A stretch of 64,000 nt of DNA, from positions 192,001-256,000 of the forward strand of contig CAWBAN010000003.1 of the NCBI GenBank assembly GCA_963786935.1, in the 5' to 3' direction. The position numbers were made by a program, and so were the translations under genes. This document shows positions 29,227 to 40,825 of this stretch, piece by piece (position 1 is the stretch's first letter; each line of letters starts with the position of its first letter). The notes below the pieces were generated by a model that was not told where the DNA came from, made no database searches, and saw nothing but the letters and a program-made list of their open reading frames with translations. The stretch comes from an uncultured bacterium. Its GTDB lineage: Bacteria > Krumholzibacteriota > Krumholzibacteriia > Krumholzibacteriales > Krumholzibacteriaceae.

Positions 29227-31249
29227 TCATCCTTTCGGCGGGCCCTGCGAACCCGGTTTGGCCTGCGGCGTTCCGGTCCTCTGCGGCGCGGCTGATTTTG
29301 CCGGGATTCTCACCGTGAATGTCGTTCCCGCACCCTGCTTGCTCCTCACCGTGATGCCCCCGCCGTGCTCCTCGACGATCCGGTAGACGATCGCGAGCCC
29401 GAGCCCCGTTCCTCCCTTGGCGCGCTTCGTCGTGAAGAAGGGATCGAATATCTGCTTCAGCGTCTTGTCGTTCATGCCGATGCCGTTGTCCTCGATCTCG
29501 AAAACGACGTCGGCGTCCTCGGCCCGCGTCCGCACCGTGATGAGCCCGCGCACGTCGTCGCGCATCGCCTGCCCGGCGTTCACGAGAAGGTTGACGAGGA
29601 TCTGCTCGATCTTCTGCGCGTTGCCCGTGAAGACGGGGAGCCCCTCGGCGAGGTCGAGCCGGATATCGGCCCTGCTTGTGGACTTCGTTGTGGACGAGGC
29701 GCGCGCTCGCCTCGATGAGCGTGTTGATATCGATCGTGTCGACGAGGAGCCCTTCGTCCTTGCGGGCGAAGGTTCTGAGCCCCTCGACGATCCCCTTGAT
29801 CCGCTGCGAGCCGTGATCCATATCGTCGACGAGCATCATGATGTTCTTGCGCCAGAAATCGTAGTTGAGCTTCGCGATCTTGAAGTCGCCGTGAGCCGCG
29901 CAGTATTCGTCGACGATCGGCATGAGGTCCTCGAGGGATTGCTTGAGGATCTTGATGTTCCCCCGGATGAACTGGTTCGGGTTGTTGATCTCGTGGCCGA
30001 TGCCGCTCACGAGCTGACCGAGCGAGGCGAGCTTGTCGGCCTGCTGGAGCTGCTGCTCGTACGTCATCTCGAGCGTCACGTCGCGGTAGAACTCCATGAT
30101 GCCGTCCACCTCGTGCTCCCGGTTGTAGATCGGGAGCGCGTGGACCTGGAGAACCTGGTTGTCGCGCCGGAGCTGGAGGGTGACGGGCGTCTTGTCGCGG
30201 AGGATGCGCGCGAGGCGGCAGTCCTCGCAGGGGCGCTCCCGCCCGAAGACGCTCGTGTAGCAAAACGTGCCGGGGCTCATGTTCTCCCGGTTCGACATGA
30301 TGACCGTGCGGTGGTTGTCGATGAGGACCACCTCGTCGGGAATCGCCTTGAACATCGCCTCGAGCGTCGATTTCGACTCCTCCCAGCCTCCCTTGGCCGT
30401 ATCGAGGTACGAATTGACGACGCGCAGCTTGTTGTTCTGCTCCTCGAGCTCGGCGGTGCGCTTCGCGATTTCCCCCTGAAGCTCGTCGAGTCGCTTGTTG
30501 AATCCCGCTTCCTCGGCCTGCTTCTTGATGAGCCGCTCCTTGAGCTCCTTGCGCTCGAGGGCGAGGCTCAGCATTCGCCCGATCTCGTCGAGCATGCGCT
30601 GCTCCTCGGGGAGGAGCTGTCGTTTCTCGCTGTAGTAGCCGACGCGGATCTCCCCTTTATCGCTTCCGCCGACGATGAGACGAACGGCGATGTAGTTGTA
30701 GGAGTTCGGTTTCTGGCCGTATTCGATTCCCTGGTAGACGGAATAGGTGATCGCCTCTTCGGGATAGAGCATCCCTGCGGCGAGATAACGGGGGAGCTCC
30801 CTGAAGAATTCGACGATCGAATCCGAATCTTCGATCCACTCGGCGACGTCGTAGAGGCAGGAGAGCTCCTTGATGCGCTCCGCTTTCTCCCATTCCTCGA
30901 GCTTGCGGAGCGCCTCGAGCTTGTTGCCGAAGAAGACGAATATCTCGCCGTCGTCGGTCTTTCCGTGCCCCGCCTTGAGCGGAATCGAGCGGGAGCCCTC
31001 TCCCGCGACGGTGTATACGGCGTTTGCGCGATTCCTGGCGCGCGCCTGCGCCATCGCCGAGCGAAAGGTCGTGAGGGAGGGAGGGGTGAGGATATCCTTC
31101 AGCAGTTTTTCCTCGGCGGGGGCGTCCTCCTCGCGGCTGTCGCGGGCGAGGAGCCTGCTCATGTGGACGATTCGCTCCGTTCCGTCCACGACGAGCAGAT
31201 AATCGAAGCTGCTCTCCATGAAGGAGTAGAGATTCTCGAGCTTGATCAT
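29227..31249 (-). CDS. PAS-domain sensor histidine kinase, one +1 frameshift at about 29670
   Basis: H-box GIGHEINNP; removing one G (CAGGGCC to CAGGCC) restores EQILVNLLVNA, DNGIG, FDPFFTTK and GTGLGL. Confidence 0.88.
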
Positions 31250-31271
31250 GGCGCTCCTCCGCCTCTCGTGC

Positions 31272-34200
31272 CTACTGTCTCACGCGGAACCTGCCGGTGC
31301 CGACCTCCCTGATTTCGCGTTTGTACCGCTCGCTGTGGGTGAGCGGCGGCTGCAGCGAGCCGGTGTGGGCGACGGCGCCCGTCGGAACGAGCCGCGCCGC
31401 GCCGGCGGCGACACGCTCTTCGCCGGTGTTCCAGTAAAAGCGCGTGAGATCGCCGAGCTCGTTCTTGACGATCGTTTCGATTTCGGAAGCCGTGTCGTCG
31501 GCGACCGGGATCCCGAACTCGCGGGCGAGCCCGCGGAGCACGTCGATTCCCGTCGCTCCCGCCGGCGGCTCGACGGCGCGCGCGTACTCGACGACCGCGC
31601 CTTCGAAGTTGCAGCGGGTCCCCTCGGTCTCGAGGTAGGTCGAACCGGGGAGCACGACGTCGGCCGAACGCGTCGTTTCGGTGAGCGTCCAATCCATCGC
31701 CGCGAGGAACTCCACGTTCTGGAACCACGAGCCGGTCTGGCCCCACGCGAGCGGGTCCTCGCCGATGACGAGCGCGCCCTTGAGCTCGCCCGAGGCGAGG
31801 AGCTCGCGCAGCTCGCGGCGGCTCCGCGCTCCCGCGGCGCCCTGCGGATTCGGCGTCCTGCCGGGGCCGAACGCCGGGTCGGCGCCCGCGAGCTCGATCG
31901 CGGCGCTGTTCGCGTTCATGCGGGGGAGGAGGAGGTCGGCGCGCGCTCCCGCCGCGCGCAGCAGCACGACGAGATTGGCGAGCGTCTCCATGTCGCCGGG
32001 AGCCTGATCCTGGACGCGGTCGGGGCTGTGGATGATGACGATGCGGCGGGCGCCCTTCACGATCTCGGCGGCTTTCCTGATATCGTCGGCCGAAACGCCG
32101 GTGAGCGAGGCGACGCCGTCGATCTTGAAATCACGGTCCTTGAGGAAGTTGGCGCCTCCGGCGATCTTCTTGACGGCGGCGGGCTTCACGTACCCGTCGT
32201 CGAGGAGCGCCTGGATGACGCCGTTCCAGAGGATCGCGGCGCGGCCGCGCATCGGATCCATGGCGAGCGTCGAGAGGATCTGATCGGTCGGATCGAGCGT
32301 CGAATTGCTCACGATGAACTTCGCCCCGGCGCGCACGGCTCCGATGACCCGTACGGCGAGGATAAGGTGGTCCGATTCCATCGAAGTGTTGTTGCAGATG
32401 ATGAGATCGGCGCCGTCGACGGCCGTACGGTCGGCGGTGGAGGCGGTGAATCCGAGCGATTCGTCGAGCGATCCCGCCTCGGTGCCCGTGCCGAGGATCG
32501 CGAGCGAGGCGACGTTGTTCGTCTCGAGCCCCTCGCGGGCGATCCGCGCGGCGAGGTAGAGCTCCTCGTTCGTCGAGCTCGGGCGAGACGAAGACGCCGA
32601 TCTTGCCGGCGCCGTGCTTCTCGGCGACGTCCCGGAGCCCCGCGACGACGCGGCGCTGCGCCTCGCACAGGTCGCCGCGCGACGGTCGCGCTCCCGCGCC
32701 GGATCTCGGGAGCGACGACGCGCGTCGCGTTTGATGAAGAGCTCGTGGCCGAATCGTCCGTAGCGGCACAGGTAGTCCCCCGGAATGCCGGAGGGAGGCG
32801 ATGTAGTAGCGCTTGTCGCCGAACTTCCTGACGGTGACGGGCAGGCGAGCGAGCAGTACGCGCAGTGCGTCGGCTCGTCGTCCGTTTCGAGGCACGCGCG
32901 GCCGGGGAAGGGGTATTTCACCGTGAGCGCGCCCGTCGGGCATGCGTCGACGCAGTTTCCGCAGCTCACGCAGCTCGTCTCGACGAGCGGATCGTTCATG
33001 GCCGGGCGCATCTCGGTGCTGAATCCGCGGCCGACGAGGCCGAGCGCCGAGATCGGCAGCACCCGCGCGCAGGTCCTGATGCAGCGCGAGCACAGGATGC
33101 ACTTGTTGGGGTCGTAGACGAGATACGGGGTGCCGGTCGTCGACCTTGTGCTTGCGGACGTGCCCCGCGTAGCGGCTCCATGTCGACGCCGTACTCCTCG
33201 GCGTAGATGCCGGAGGGCGCACGTGTCGAACCGGAGCAGCCGCAGGAGAGGCAGCGGTCGCACTCGTGGACGTTGTCCTCGAACTCGAATCCGGTCGCGA
33301 CCTCGTCGAAGCGTGCCGCGGCGCTTCTCGACCTCGATCTGGTGCACCTCGTGGCGCGGGCTCTCCTTGATCTCGCCGAGCTCGGCCTTGCCGGGCTTCG
33401 CCCAGAATTCCTTGTTCACAATGAAGGGGCGCGGCGGCACGCTCGCGCTCTTCAGATACGCGTCGATCGCCCGCGCGGCGCGCTGGCCGTCGGCGATGGC
33501 GTCGATGACGACCGTCGGGCCGTCGTCCGCGGCGTCGCCTCCGGCGAAGACGCCCTGCACGTTCGTCGCGAACGTCTCGGGATCGATGACGAAGGTGTTC
33601 CACTTCGTGAGGCCGACCTTCGCGCCGGCGATCTCGGTGAGCCCGTCGAGCGCCGTCGCCTGCCCGATCGCCGAGACGGCCATGTTGCAGGGGAGCTCGA
33701 ACTCGGAGCCCTCGAGCGGAACCGGCCGTCGCCGGCCCGATTTGTCGGGCTCGCCGAGCTTCATGCGCATGGCAGCGGAGCGCCTTGAGCTTGCCCCCTT
33801 CCGTGACGATGCCGACGGGCGCGGCGAGCTCCATGATCTCGATCCCCTCGGCGAGGCAGTCCTCGATCTCCATCTTGTCGGCGGGCATCTCGTCCTTCGT
33901 GCGCCGGTAGAGGATGATGACCTTGTCGGCGCCGAGCCGCCACGAGGTCCGCGCGACGTCCATGGCCGTGTTGCCGCCCCCCACGACGACGATCGTTCCC
34001 TTGAGCGGCGTCGGCCGGGCGGCCTGCTCGGGCAGGAAGTCGGCGCCCTGCACGACGCCCTCGCGTCTCGAACTCGCCCGTCGACCTTCATCGGATTGCC
34101 TGCCCAGGCGCCGGGCCCGAGGAACACGGCGTCGTGCCTCTTCATGAGCTCGTCGAGCGAAACGTCCTGCCCGACGCGGACGCCGTGTACTTGATCTCGC

Positions 34201-34974
34201 CGCCGGCGCGGCAGATGTACTCGACTTCGCGGTCGAGCACGTCGTCCGGCAGACGGTACACGGGGATGCCGTAGCGGAGCATGCCGCCGGAGCGGGGCAT
34301 GGCTTCGTAACATGACCGGCTTGATGCCCGGCCTGTCCGAGGAACCACGCCGCCGTGAGGCCGGCCGGGCCCGCGCCGACGATCGCGACCTTCTTTCCCG
34401 TCGGCTGGATCGCAGGCGGCGGCGCCGTCGTAGACGCCCGGCTGGTCGGTGACGTAGCGCTTGATCGCGTTGATGCCGACCGCCTCGTCGATGTCCGACG
34501 CGGCGGCACACGACCTCGCACTTGCGGACGCAGACGCGGCCGCAGATCGCGGGGAGCGGGTTCGTCTCGCGGATGAGGTCGACCGCCTCGCGGGTAGAGC
34601 CCCATCGCGGAGAGCGCGATGTATCCCTGCGCGTCGACGTGCGCGGGGCAGCCTTCCATGCAGGGGGACACGCAGTCGGCGTAATGGTTCGAGACGAGCA
34701 GCTCGAGCGCGGTCCGGCGCGAGGCGACGATGCGGTCGTTCCGCGTCGTCACCTCCATCCCCGGCGCGACGCGTGTCGCGCAGGCGGGGACGAGGTTCGG
34801 CCGCCCCTTGACCTCGACGACGCAGAGGAAGCACGAGGCGTACGGCTCGAGCTCCGGCGAATGGCAGAGCGTCGGGATCGCGTCGAGCTCGCGCTCGCGC
34901 ACGACCTCGAGGATCGTTTTCCCGGGCGCCGCCTCGATCTCCGTGCCGTTGATTTTCAGCTTCATGTTCTCCAT
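31272..34974 (-). CDS. BfuA/NfnA-like subunit: 2Fe-2S, GltD-like FAD/NADPH domain, 4Fe-4S clusters and NuoG/molybdopterin-oxidoreductase-like domain; many frameshifts
   Basis: Pieces in different frames: CHSPELEPYASCFLC, HYADCVSPCMEGCP, GAGPAG, GGGNTAMD, FAGGD, CILCSRCIRTC, CVSCGNCVDACP, CAYCSLAC, ADVVLP...E.EGT. Confidence 0.82.
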
Positions 34975-34985
34975 CCGGCCTTCCC

Positions 34986-36769
34986 TCACTTTTTATATAC
35001 GGCGCCGAACGTGCAGACCGTGACGCACTTTCCGCACTTCGCGCATTTCGACGTGTCGATGACGTGCACCTTCTTGCGTTCCCCGGCGATCGCGTCGACC
35101 GGGCAGTTCTTCGCGCAGACGGTGCAGCCGGTGCATTTCTCCGGATCGATGCAGAAATCCACGAGCGCCGTGCAGCTCGACGCCGGGCAGCGCTTGTCCC
35201 TGATGTGGGCCTCGTACTCGTCGCCGAAGTACTTGATCGTCGTGAGCACGGGATTCGGCGCCGTCTGGCCGAGGCCGCAGAGGCTCGCTTCCTTGATCTG
35301 CGCGCCGAGCTCCTTGAGCTTTTCGATATCCTCGGGCACTCCCTCTCCCTGCGTGATCCGCGTGAGGATCTCGAGCATCCGGAGCGTTCCGATGCGGCAG
35401 AAGGTGCACTTGCCGCACGATTCGTCCTGCGTGAAGTTGAGGAAGAAGCGCGCCATCTCGACCATGCACGTCTGGTCGTCCATGACGACCATGCCGCCCG
35501 ATCCCATGATCGCGCCCGTCGCGGGGATCGATTCGAAATCGACCGGCGTGTGGCCGAGGGAGGCGGGGATGCACCCGCCCGACGGCCCGCCCATCTGCAC
35601 CGCCTTGAATTTCCGGTCTTCCTTGATCCCGCCGCCGATCTTGAAGACGAGGTCGTTGATCGGCATGCCCATGGGCACTTCGGCGAGCCCGCCGTTCTTC
35701 ACCTTGCCGGCGAGCGCGAAGACCTTCGTGCCGCGGCTCTTCTCGGTGCCGTACTTCGCGTACGCCGCCGCTCCGTTCAGGAGAATCCACGGGACGTTCG
35801 CGTAGGTCTCGACGTTGTTGTTGTTCGTCGGCTTCATCCAGAGCCCCTTCTCGGCGGGGAAGGGAGGGCGGATGCGGGGCATGCCGCGCTTGCCCTCGAT
35901 CGACTGCGAAGAGCGCCGTCTCCTCGCCGCAGACGAAGGCGCCGGCGCCCTGCTTGATCGTGATGTCGAAGCCGAATCCCGACCCGAAGATGTTCTCGCC
36001 GAGATAGCCCTTTTCGCGCGCCGCGTCGAGGGCGATCGTGAGGCGCCTGATCGCCATCGGGTATTCGGCGCGGCAGTAGATGTAGCCCTTGTGCGCGCCG
36101 ATCGCCTTGCCGCAGACGACCATGCCCTCGATGACCGAGTGCGGGTCGCCCTCGAGCACCGAGCGGTCCATGAAGGCGCCCGGGTCCCCCTCGTCGGCGT
36201 TGCAGACGACGTACTTGACGTCGCTCTTCTGCGAGGCGGCGAACGACCATTTCGATGCCGGTCGGGAAGCCCGCGCCGCCGCGCCCGCGGAGGCCGGAGT
36301 CCTTCACCACCTGAATGATCTCCTCCGGCTTCATCCCGGTGAGCGCCTTGCGGAGCGCCTTGTATCCGCCCGTCTGCTCGTACTCGTCGAGCGACTCGGG
36401 ATCGATGAGGCCGCAGTTGCGGAGCACGATGCGTACTGGATCCTTCTGGTGCGGCGCCTCGGAGCCGCCGAGATCCTTCCCGGGCTCCATGCGCAGCGCC
36501 ACGTGCTCCTCGAGCACGCGGCCTCCCTTGATATGCTCGTTGAAGATCTCGTGTCCGCGACGTCCGGGGTGACGCCGCCGTAGACGATGCGGCTGTCCCC
36601 GTCCCTGACCTCGACGAGCGGCTCGCGGTAGCACATGCCGATGCAGCCCGGCGCTCTTGAGCTCGAAGGAGCCCGGGGCTCCGGCGAGAAGCTCGCCGAA
36701 CCGGTCATGCGTCTTCTGCGATCCGGCCGACAGGCCGCAGGTGCTCATTCCCACCATTACTTTTTTCAT
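34986..36769 (-). CDS. NuoF/HydB-like (BfuB) FMN/NADH subunit, frameshifted
   Basis: STCG and [66 protein letters not shown]-terminal 2x[4Fe-4S]. Confidence 0.9.
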
Positions 36770-37344
36770 CGATCATCTCCGGTATGTATGGCGCGGCGTC
36801 GATCGCCGCGACCTGTTTCTCACGCGCTCTCGGCGCAGGCCGCGGCGTCCTGTTTGCGCGCCGCCTGCTCGCGGCGCCGGTACTCGCGCAGGATCTTGCC
36901 GCACGGACTGCGGCGTCAAGCTCCCGTGGGTGTCCTCGTTGATCATCATCACGGGCGCGAGCGAGCAGCAGCCGATGCAGGCGACCGTGCTCAGCGTGAA
37001 GAGGCCGTCCTCGGTGGTGTCCGCCGACCTCGATGCCGAGCTCGTCCTCGATCGTGTTGATGATCATCCGCGAGTTCTGCGACGTGGCAGGCCGTGCCGT
37101 CGCACGCCTTGATGACGTATTTGCCCATCGGCTGGAGCCGGAACTGGCTGTAGAACGTGATGACCCCGTAGACCTCGGACTCCGGGATCCCCGTCACCCC
37201 CGCGATGTAGCTGATCGCCCGTCGCGGGATGTAGCCGAAATGGTCCTGCGCCGACTGCAGCAGCGGGATCAGCTCGCCGGGCGCGCCGTCGTAGCGCCAC
37301 AGCCGGTAGTTGAAGTTTTCATCCCTGGCAGCCGTAATAACCAC
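36766..37344 (-). CDS. NuoE/HydC-like (BfuC) 2Fe-2S subunit, frameshifted; ends approximate
   Basis: [31 protein letters not shown] and, in another frame, [15 protein letters not shown]. Confidence 0.85.
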
Positions 37345-37438
37345 CCCCTGATTGATTCGACCGGTCTATTATCCGTATCCGGCGCGTTCGCCGGAGCATC
37401 GCTCGTTTCGGTTGCCTGTTCGGCGGATTACCGAAGAA

Positions 37439-38430
37439 TCAGTCCTCGACCAGCTTGATCACCGTCGCCTCGCGCACGCGCAGCACGCCGTCGATCTGGC
37501 TCAGCTTCTCGATGATGCGCGGCATCGTGCCGACGGCGCCCTGCCCCGTGACCATTCCCACGAGCTTCGTGCCGTCCTCGATGACGTCGCAGAAGACGAC
37601 CTCGTCGATGAAGAAGACGGTCGTGAAGATCTGCTGGATCGCGTTCCGGTCGATGTCGACGATGATGTAGCTCGTCGTGCCGGGCTGCTTGCTCGAGCTC
37701 GCGAGCCCGTGCGCCTTGACCGCCTGCGAGTAGATGTCTGATGAACTCGCCCACGTCACGGTCGAGCTTCGGCCGCTCGACGTCGGAGACGGAGGCGACC
37801 TGGACGCCGTCCATCGCCGCGATCCGATCCTTGAGCTTCTTGATCTCCGCCTGCGAGCCCGCCTGCGCGACGACGATGATGTCGAAATCGCCGCGGACGG
37901 CCTCGCAGCGCTGGACGCCCTCCATCTGGTAGAGCCGCTTGAAGATGTCCATGCTCCGCATCGGATCGGTGATCCGGATCGTGAAATACGTCGTCACCGA
38001 TTCCCGCATCTCGGGAGCCGCCTTCGCCTTCGTCGCGGCCTTCGCCGCGGTCGAGCCGGGGGCGAGCTCCTCGAGCGCCTTGACGAGGTCGGGGATCTCG
38101 AACGGCTTGTCGAGGTAGCCGGTGTTGTAGCTCGGAGAGGGCGGTGAGCTTCAGGGCCTCGTCGCCGAATCCCGTGATCACGAGCACCGGGAGATCGGGA
38201 TGCTGGATCTTGATGACCTTGAGAATCTTGAGCCCGTCGATATCGGGCATGAAGATGTCGGTCACGAGGTAATCGAACGCCTCGCCCTTCTCTCGCGCCG
38301 CGTTGAGCTCATGGATCGCGGAAATGCCGTCCGGGCAGGCCACCGCACTGTAGCCCTCCTGCGTGAGACCGATCGTGAGGTTCCGGCGTATTTCGGCTTC
38401 ATCGTCGATTATCAGTACGCGCCCTTTCAA
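37439..38430 (-). CDS. Response regulator: REC plus Lrp/AsnC ligand-binding-like domains, frameshifts at about 38130 and 37740
   Basis: TTG start after AGGAGG; IIDDE, VTDIFMP, ITGFG and YLDKPF; then EGVQRCEAVRGDFDIIV and a second domain ending LSQIDGVLRV. Confidence 0.8.
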
Positions 38431-38517
38431 CGGTGCCCTCCTGTTGGATTTGAGAAGATGAATTGACGGAAAACGCCCCTCAAAGGGCCATATTAGCCTG
38501 TCATGATACTCCTTGGG

Positions 38518-38546
38518 AGAATAGCCGGCAAATCGCATTTTGTCAA
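38518..38546 (-). promoter_or_regulatory. Sigma-70-type promoter of the regulator-Bfu operon
   Basis: Minus strand reads TTGACA-N17-TATTCT. Confidence 0.65.
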
Positions 38547-38705
38547 ATATTTTAGCTATATCTGAAGGGTGGAAGCGGCGCGCGATTCGGCATCATATTC
38601 GCTATGCAGCTTTTTCGTTGAATTGCGGGGGTGCGATGCCGTACCCTGTTCGGCGGAGCTTCCCGCGCGGAGGCAGTCGTAACTGACTATTAACAGGAGC
38701 GTTAC

Positions 38706-39971
38706 ATGAGCAGCACGAAAATCGCGATCATCGGCCTCGGATATGTCGGCCTTCCGCTCGCCGTGGAGTTCGGCAGGAAATACGACACGGTCGGATTCGA
38801 TATCAGCCGCAAGCGGATCGACGAGCTCAAGAAGGGGGTCGACCTCACGCTCGAAACGAGCGCCGAGGATCTCAAGGCCGCCAAGCGTCTCATGTACACG
38901 ACGAATCCCGAGGACATGCGCCCCTGCAACGTCTTCATCGTCACGGTGCCGACGCCGATCGACGAGTTCAAGCGCCCCGATCTCACGCTCGTCGAGAAGG
39001 CGACCGAAACGGTGGCAGGCGTGCTCGAGAAGGGGGACATCGTCGTATACGAGTCGACGGTGTACCCGGGATGCACGGAGGAGCTCTGCGTGCCGATCCT
39101 CGAGCGGATCTCCGGCCTGAAATTCAACGAGGATTTCTTCTGCGGGTATTCTCCCGAGCGCATCAATCCCGGCGACAAAGAGCACACGGTGACGAAGATC
39201 AAGAAGGTCACGAGCGGCTCGACGAAGGAGACGACGGTGAAGGTGGACGCGCTCTACCGTTCGATCATCACGGCGGGGACGCATCCCGTCTCGTCGATCA
39301 AGGTCGCCGAGGCCGCGAAGGTCATCGAGAATTCTCAGCGCGACATCAACATCGCGTTCATCAACGAGCTCGCGCTCATCTTCGAGCGGATGGGGATCGA
39401 CACGCTCGAGGTGCTCGAGGCGGCCGGCTCGAAATGGAACTTCCTCCCGTTCAGGCCCGGCCTCGTCGGCGGGCACTGCATCGGAGTCGATCCGTACTAC
39501 CTCACGCACAAGGCGCAGGAGATCGGCTATCACCCCGAGGTGATCCTCGCGGGGCGCCGCATCAACGACAACATGGGGATCTTCATCGCGAACAAGGCCG
39601 TCAAGCTCATGATCCACAAGGGGCACAAGGTGCAGGGCGCCCGTGTCCTCGTCCTCGGCATCACCTTCAAGGAGAACTGCACCGACATCCGCAACTCGCG
39701 CGTCGTCGACATCGTGAAGGAGCTCGCCGATTACGGCTGCAGGGTCGACGTGTACGATCCCTGGGCCGCGAGCGACGACGTGAAGCACGAATACGGATTT
39801 CCACTCATCGGGGAGGACGTTCTCCGGGCCGGCGGCTACGACGCGGTGGTCCTCGCCGTCGCGCACGAGAAGTTCAAGTCGCTCGACGTCGCAGCGCTCA
39901 AGAAGGAAAACGGCGTCATCTACGACGTGAAGTCGTTCCTCGATCCGATGGTGGTGGACGGAAGGCTCTAG
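38706..39971 (+). CDS. UDP-N-acetylhexosamine 6-dehydrogenase (TviB/WbpO family)
   Basis: GLGYVGLP, ESTVYPG, YSPERINPG, GGHCIGVDP and FKENC. Confidence 0.93.
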   Translation: MSSTKIAIIGLGYVGLPLAVEFGRKYDTVGFDISRKRIDELKKGVDLTLETSAEDLKAAKRLMYTTNPEDMRPCNVFIVTVPTPIDEFKRPDLTLVEKATETVAGVLEKGDIVVYESTVYPGCTEELCVPILERISGLKFNEDFFCGYSPERINPGDKEHTVTKIKKVTSGSTKETTVKVDALYRSIITAGTHPVSSIKVAEAAKVIENSQRDINIAFINELALIFERMGIDTLEVLEAAGSKWNFLPFRPGLVGGHCIGVDPYYLTHKAQEIGYHPEVILAGRRINDNMGIFIANKAVKLMIHKGHKVQGARVLVLGITFKENCTDIRNSRVVDIVKELADYGCRVDVYDPWAASDDVKHEYGFPLIGEDVLRAGGYDAVVLAVAHEKFKSLDVAALKKENGVIYDVKSFLDPMVVDGRL

Positions 39972-39997
39972 CCGAGAACAAGGCTCACGGAACGTCG

Positions 39998-40684
39998 ATG
40001 AAGAAGATCCTCCGCATCGCCGGCTTGCTCGTCCTGTCGTTCCTCGTGCTGAGCGTGACGCTGACCCTGTGTTACGGCGTCATGCCGGTACCCTGCACCA
40101 TCCTGATGCTCCAGCGGTGCGTCGAGCAAAAGATGCACGGGCGGCCCGTGAAGCTCGACAAGCGATGGGTGTCGCTCGAACGGATGTCGCCGAATCTGCC
40201 CTGGGCGGTGGCGACGGCCGAAGACCAGAAATTCGAAGAGCATTTCGGGTTCGATATCGAGGCGATCGAGAAAGCGGCGAAGTACAACGAGCGGCACCAC
40301 GGCAGAAAGGTGCGCGGCGCATCCACCATCAGCCAGCAGTGCGCCAAGAACGTCTTCCTCTGGCCTTCGAGAAGCTGGGCGCGCAAGGGGCTCGAGGTGT
40401 ACTTCACCTTCCTCATCGAGATGTGCTGGAGCAAGGAACGCATCATGGAGGTCTACCTCAATGTGGTTGAGATGGGCCCGGGAGTATACGGCGCCGAAGC
40501 GGCTTCCCGGCACTACTTCCGCAAGCCGGCGGCGCGGCTCACGCGGGAAGAGGCGGCGCGCATCGCGGCTATTCTGCCCAACCCGCGGAGATGGTCGGCA
40601 AGCAGGCCCACTCCATATATCCTCCGCAGAACGAGCTGGATCCTGAATCACATGCACGACGTCGACCTGAAAGACCTCCGGTGA
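39998..40684 (+). CDS. mtgA: Monofunctional peptidoglycan transglycosylase
   Basis: EDQKFEEHFGFD, GASTISQQCAKN, RKGLE, KERIMEVYLN and LPNP. Confidence 0.93.
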   Translation: MKKILRIAGLLVLSFLVLSVTLTLCYGVMPVPCTILMLQRCVEQKMHGRPVKLDKRWVSLERMSPNLPWAVATAEDQKFEEHFGFDIEAIEKAAKYNERHHGRKVRGASTISQQCAKNVFLWPSRSWARKGLEVYFTFLIEMCWSKERIMEVYLNVVEMGPGVYGAEAASRHYFRKPAARLTREEAARIAAILPNPRRWSASRPTPYILRRTSWILNHMHDVDLKDLR

Positions 40685-40736
40685 TCACGGCCTCGCGCGG
40701 CTCGCCGGGAAAGCGGGTATCGTCGCAGCGGAGAGC

Positions 40737-40754
40737 ATTGGACCAAGGTCCCAT
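40737..40754. promoter_or_regulatory. 18-bp palindrome, copy 1
   Basis: ATTGGACC-AA-GGTCCCAT, ending 72 bp before ATG at 40826. Confidence 0.6.
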
Positions 40755-40825
40755 ATACGGCGCCGGCGCCTCTTGGTAGCCTCTCGTCATTGATCCATTC
40801 ACCTCAACGGAAAGGCGGGAATGCC

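Noticed and set aside
27860..31249. 1129-aa hybrid kinase-NtrC fusion in the ORF track
   Set aside because: Produced by a +1 frameshift at about 29670; the HATPase domain lies in another frame with its own stop at 29227, and the linker is out-of-frame sequence.
31272..38430. Programmed ribosomal frameshifting or phase variation
   Set aside because: Too many shifts, and no consistent slippery heptamers or long homopolymer tracts.
38539..38560. Rex operator upstream of the Bfu operon
   Set aside because: Only one half-site resembles TTGTGAA-N4-TTCACAA, and it coincides with the -35 hexamer.
39071..40684. 537-aa extended MtgA, and similar extensions such as 50817-52463, 17280-19301 and 58744-60483
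   Set aside because: The extensions are stop-poor alternate frames overlapping real upstream genes; true starts are downstream.
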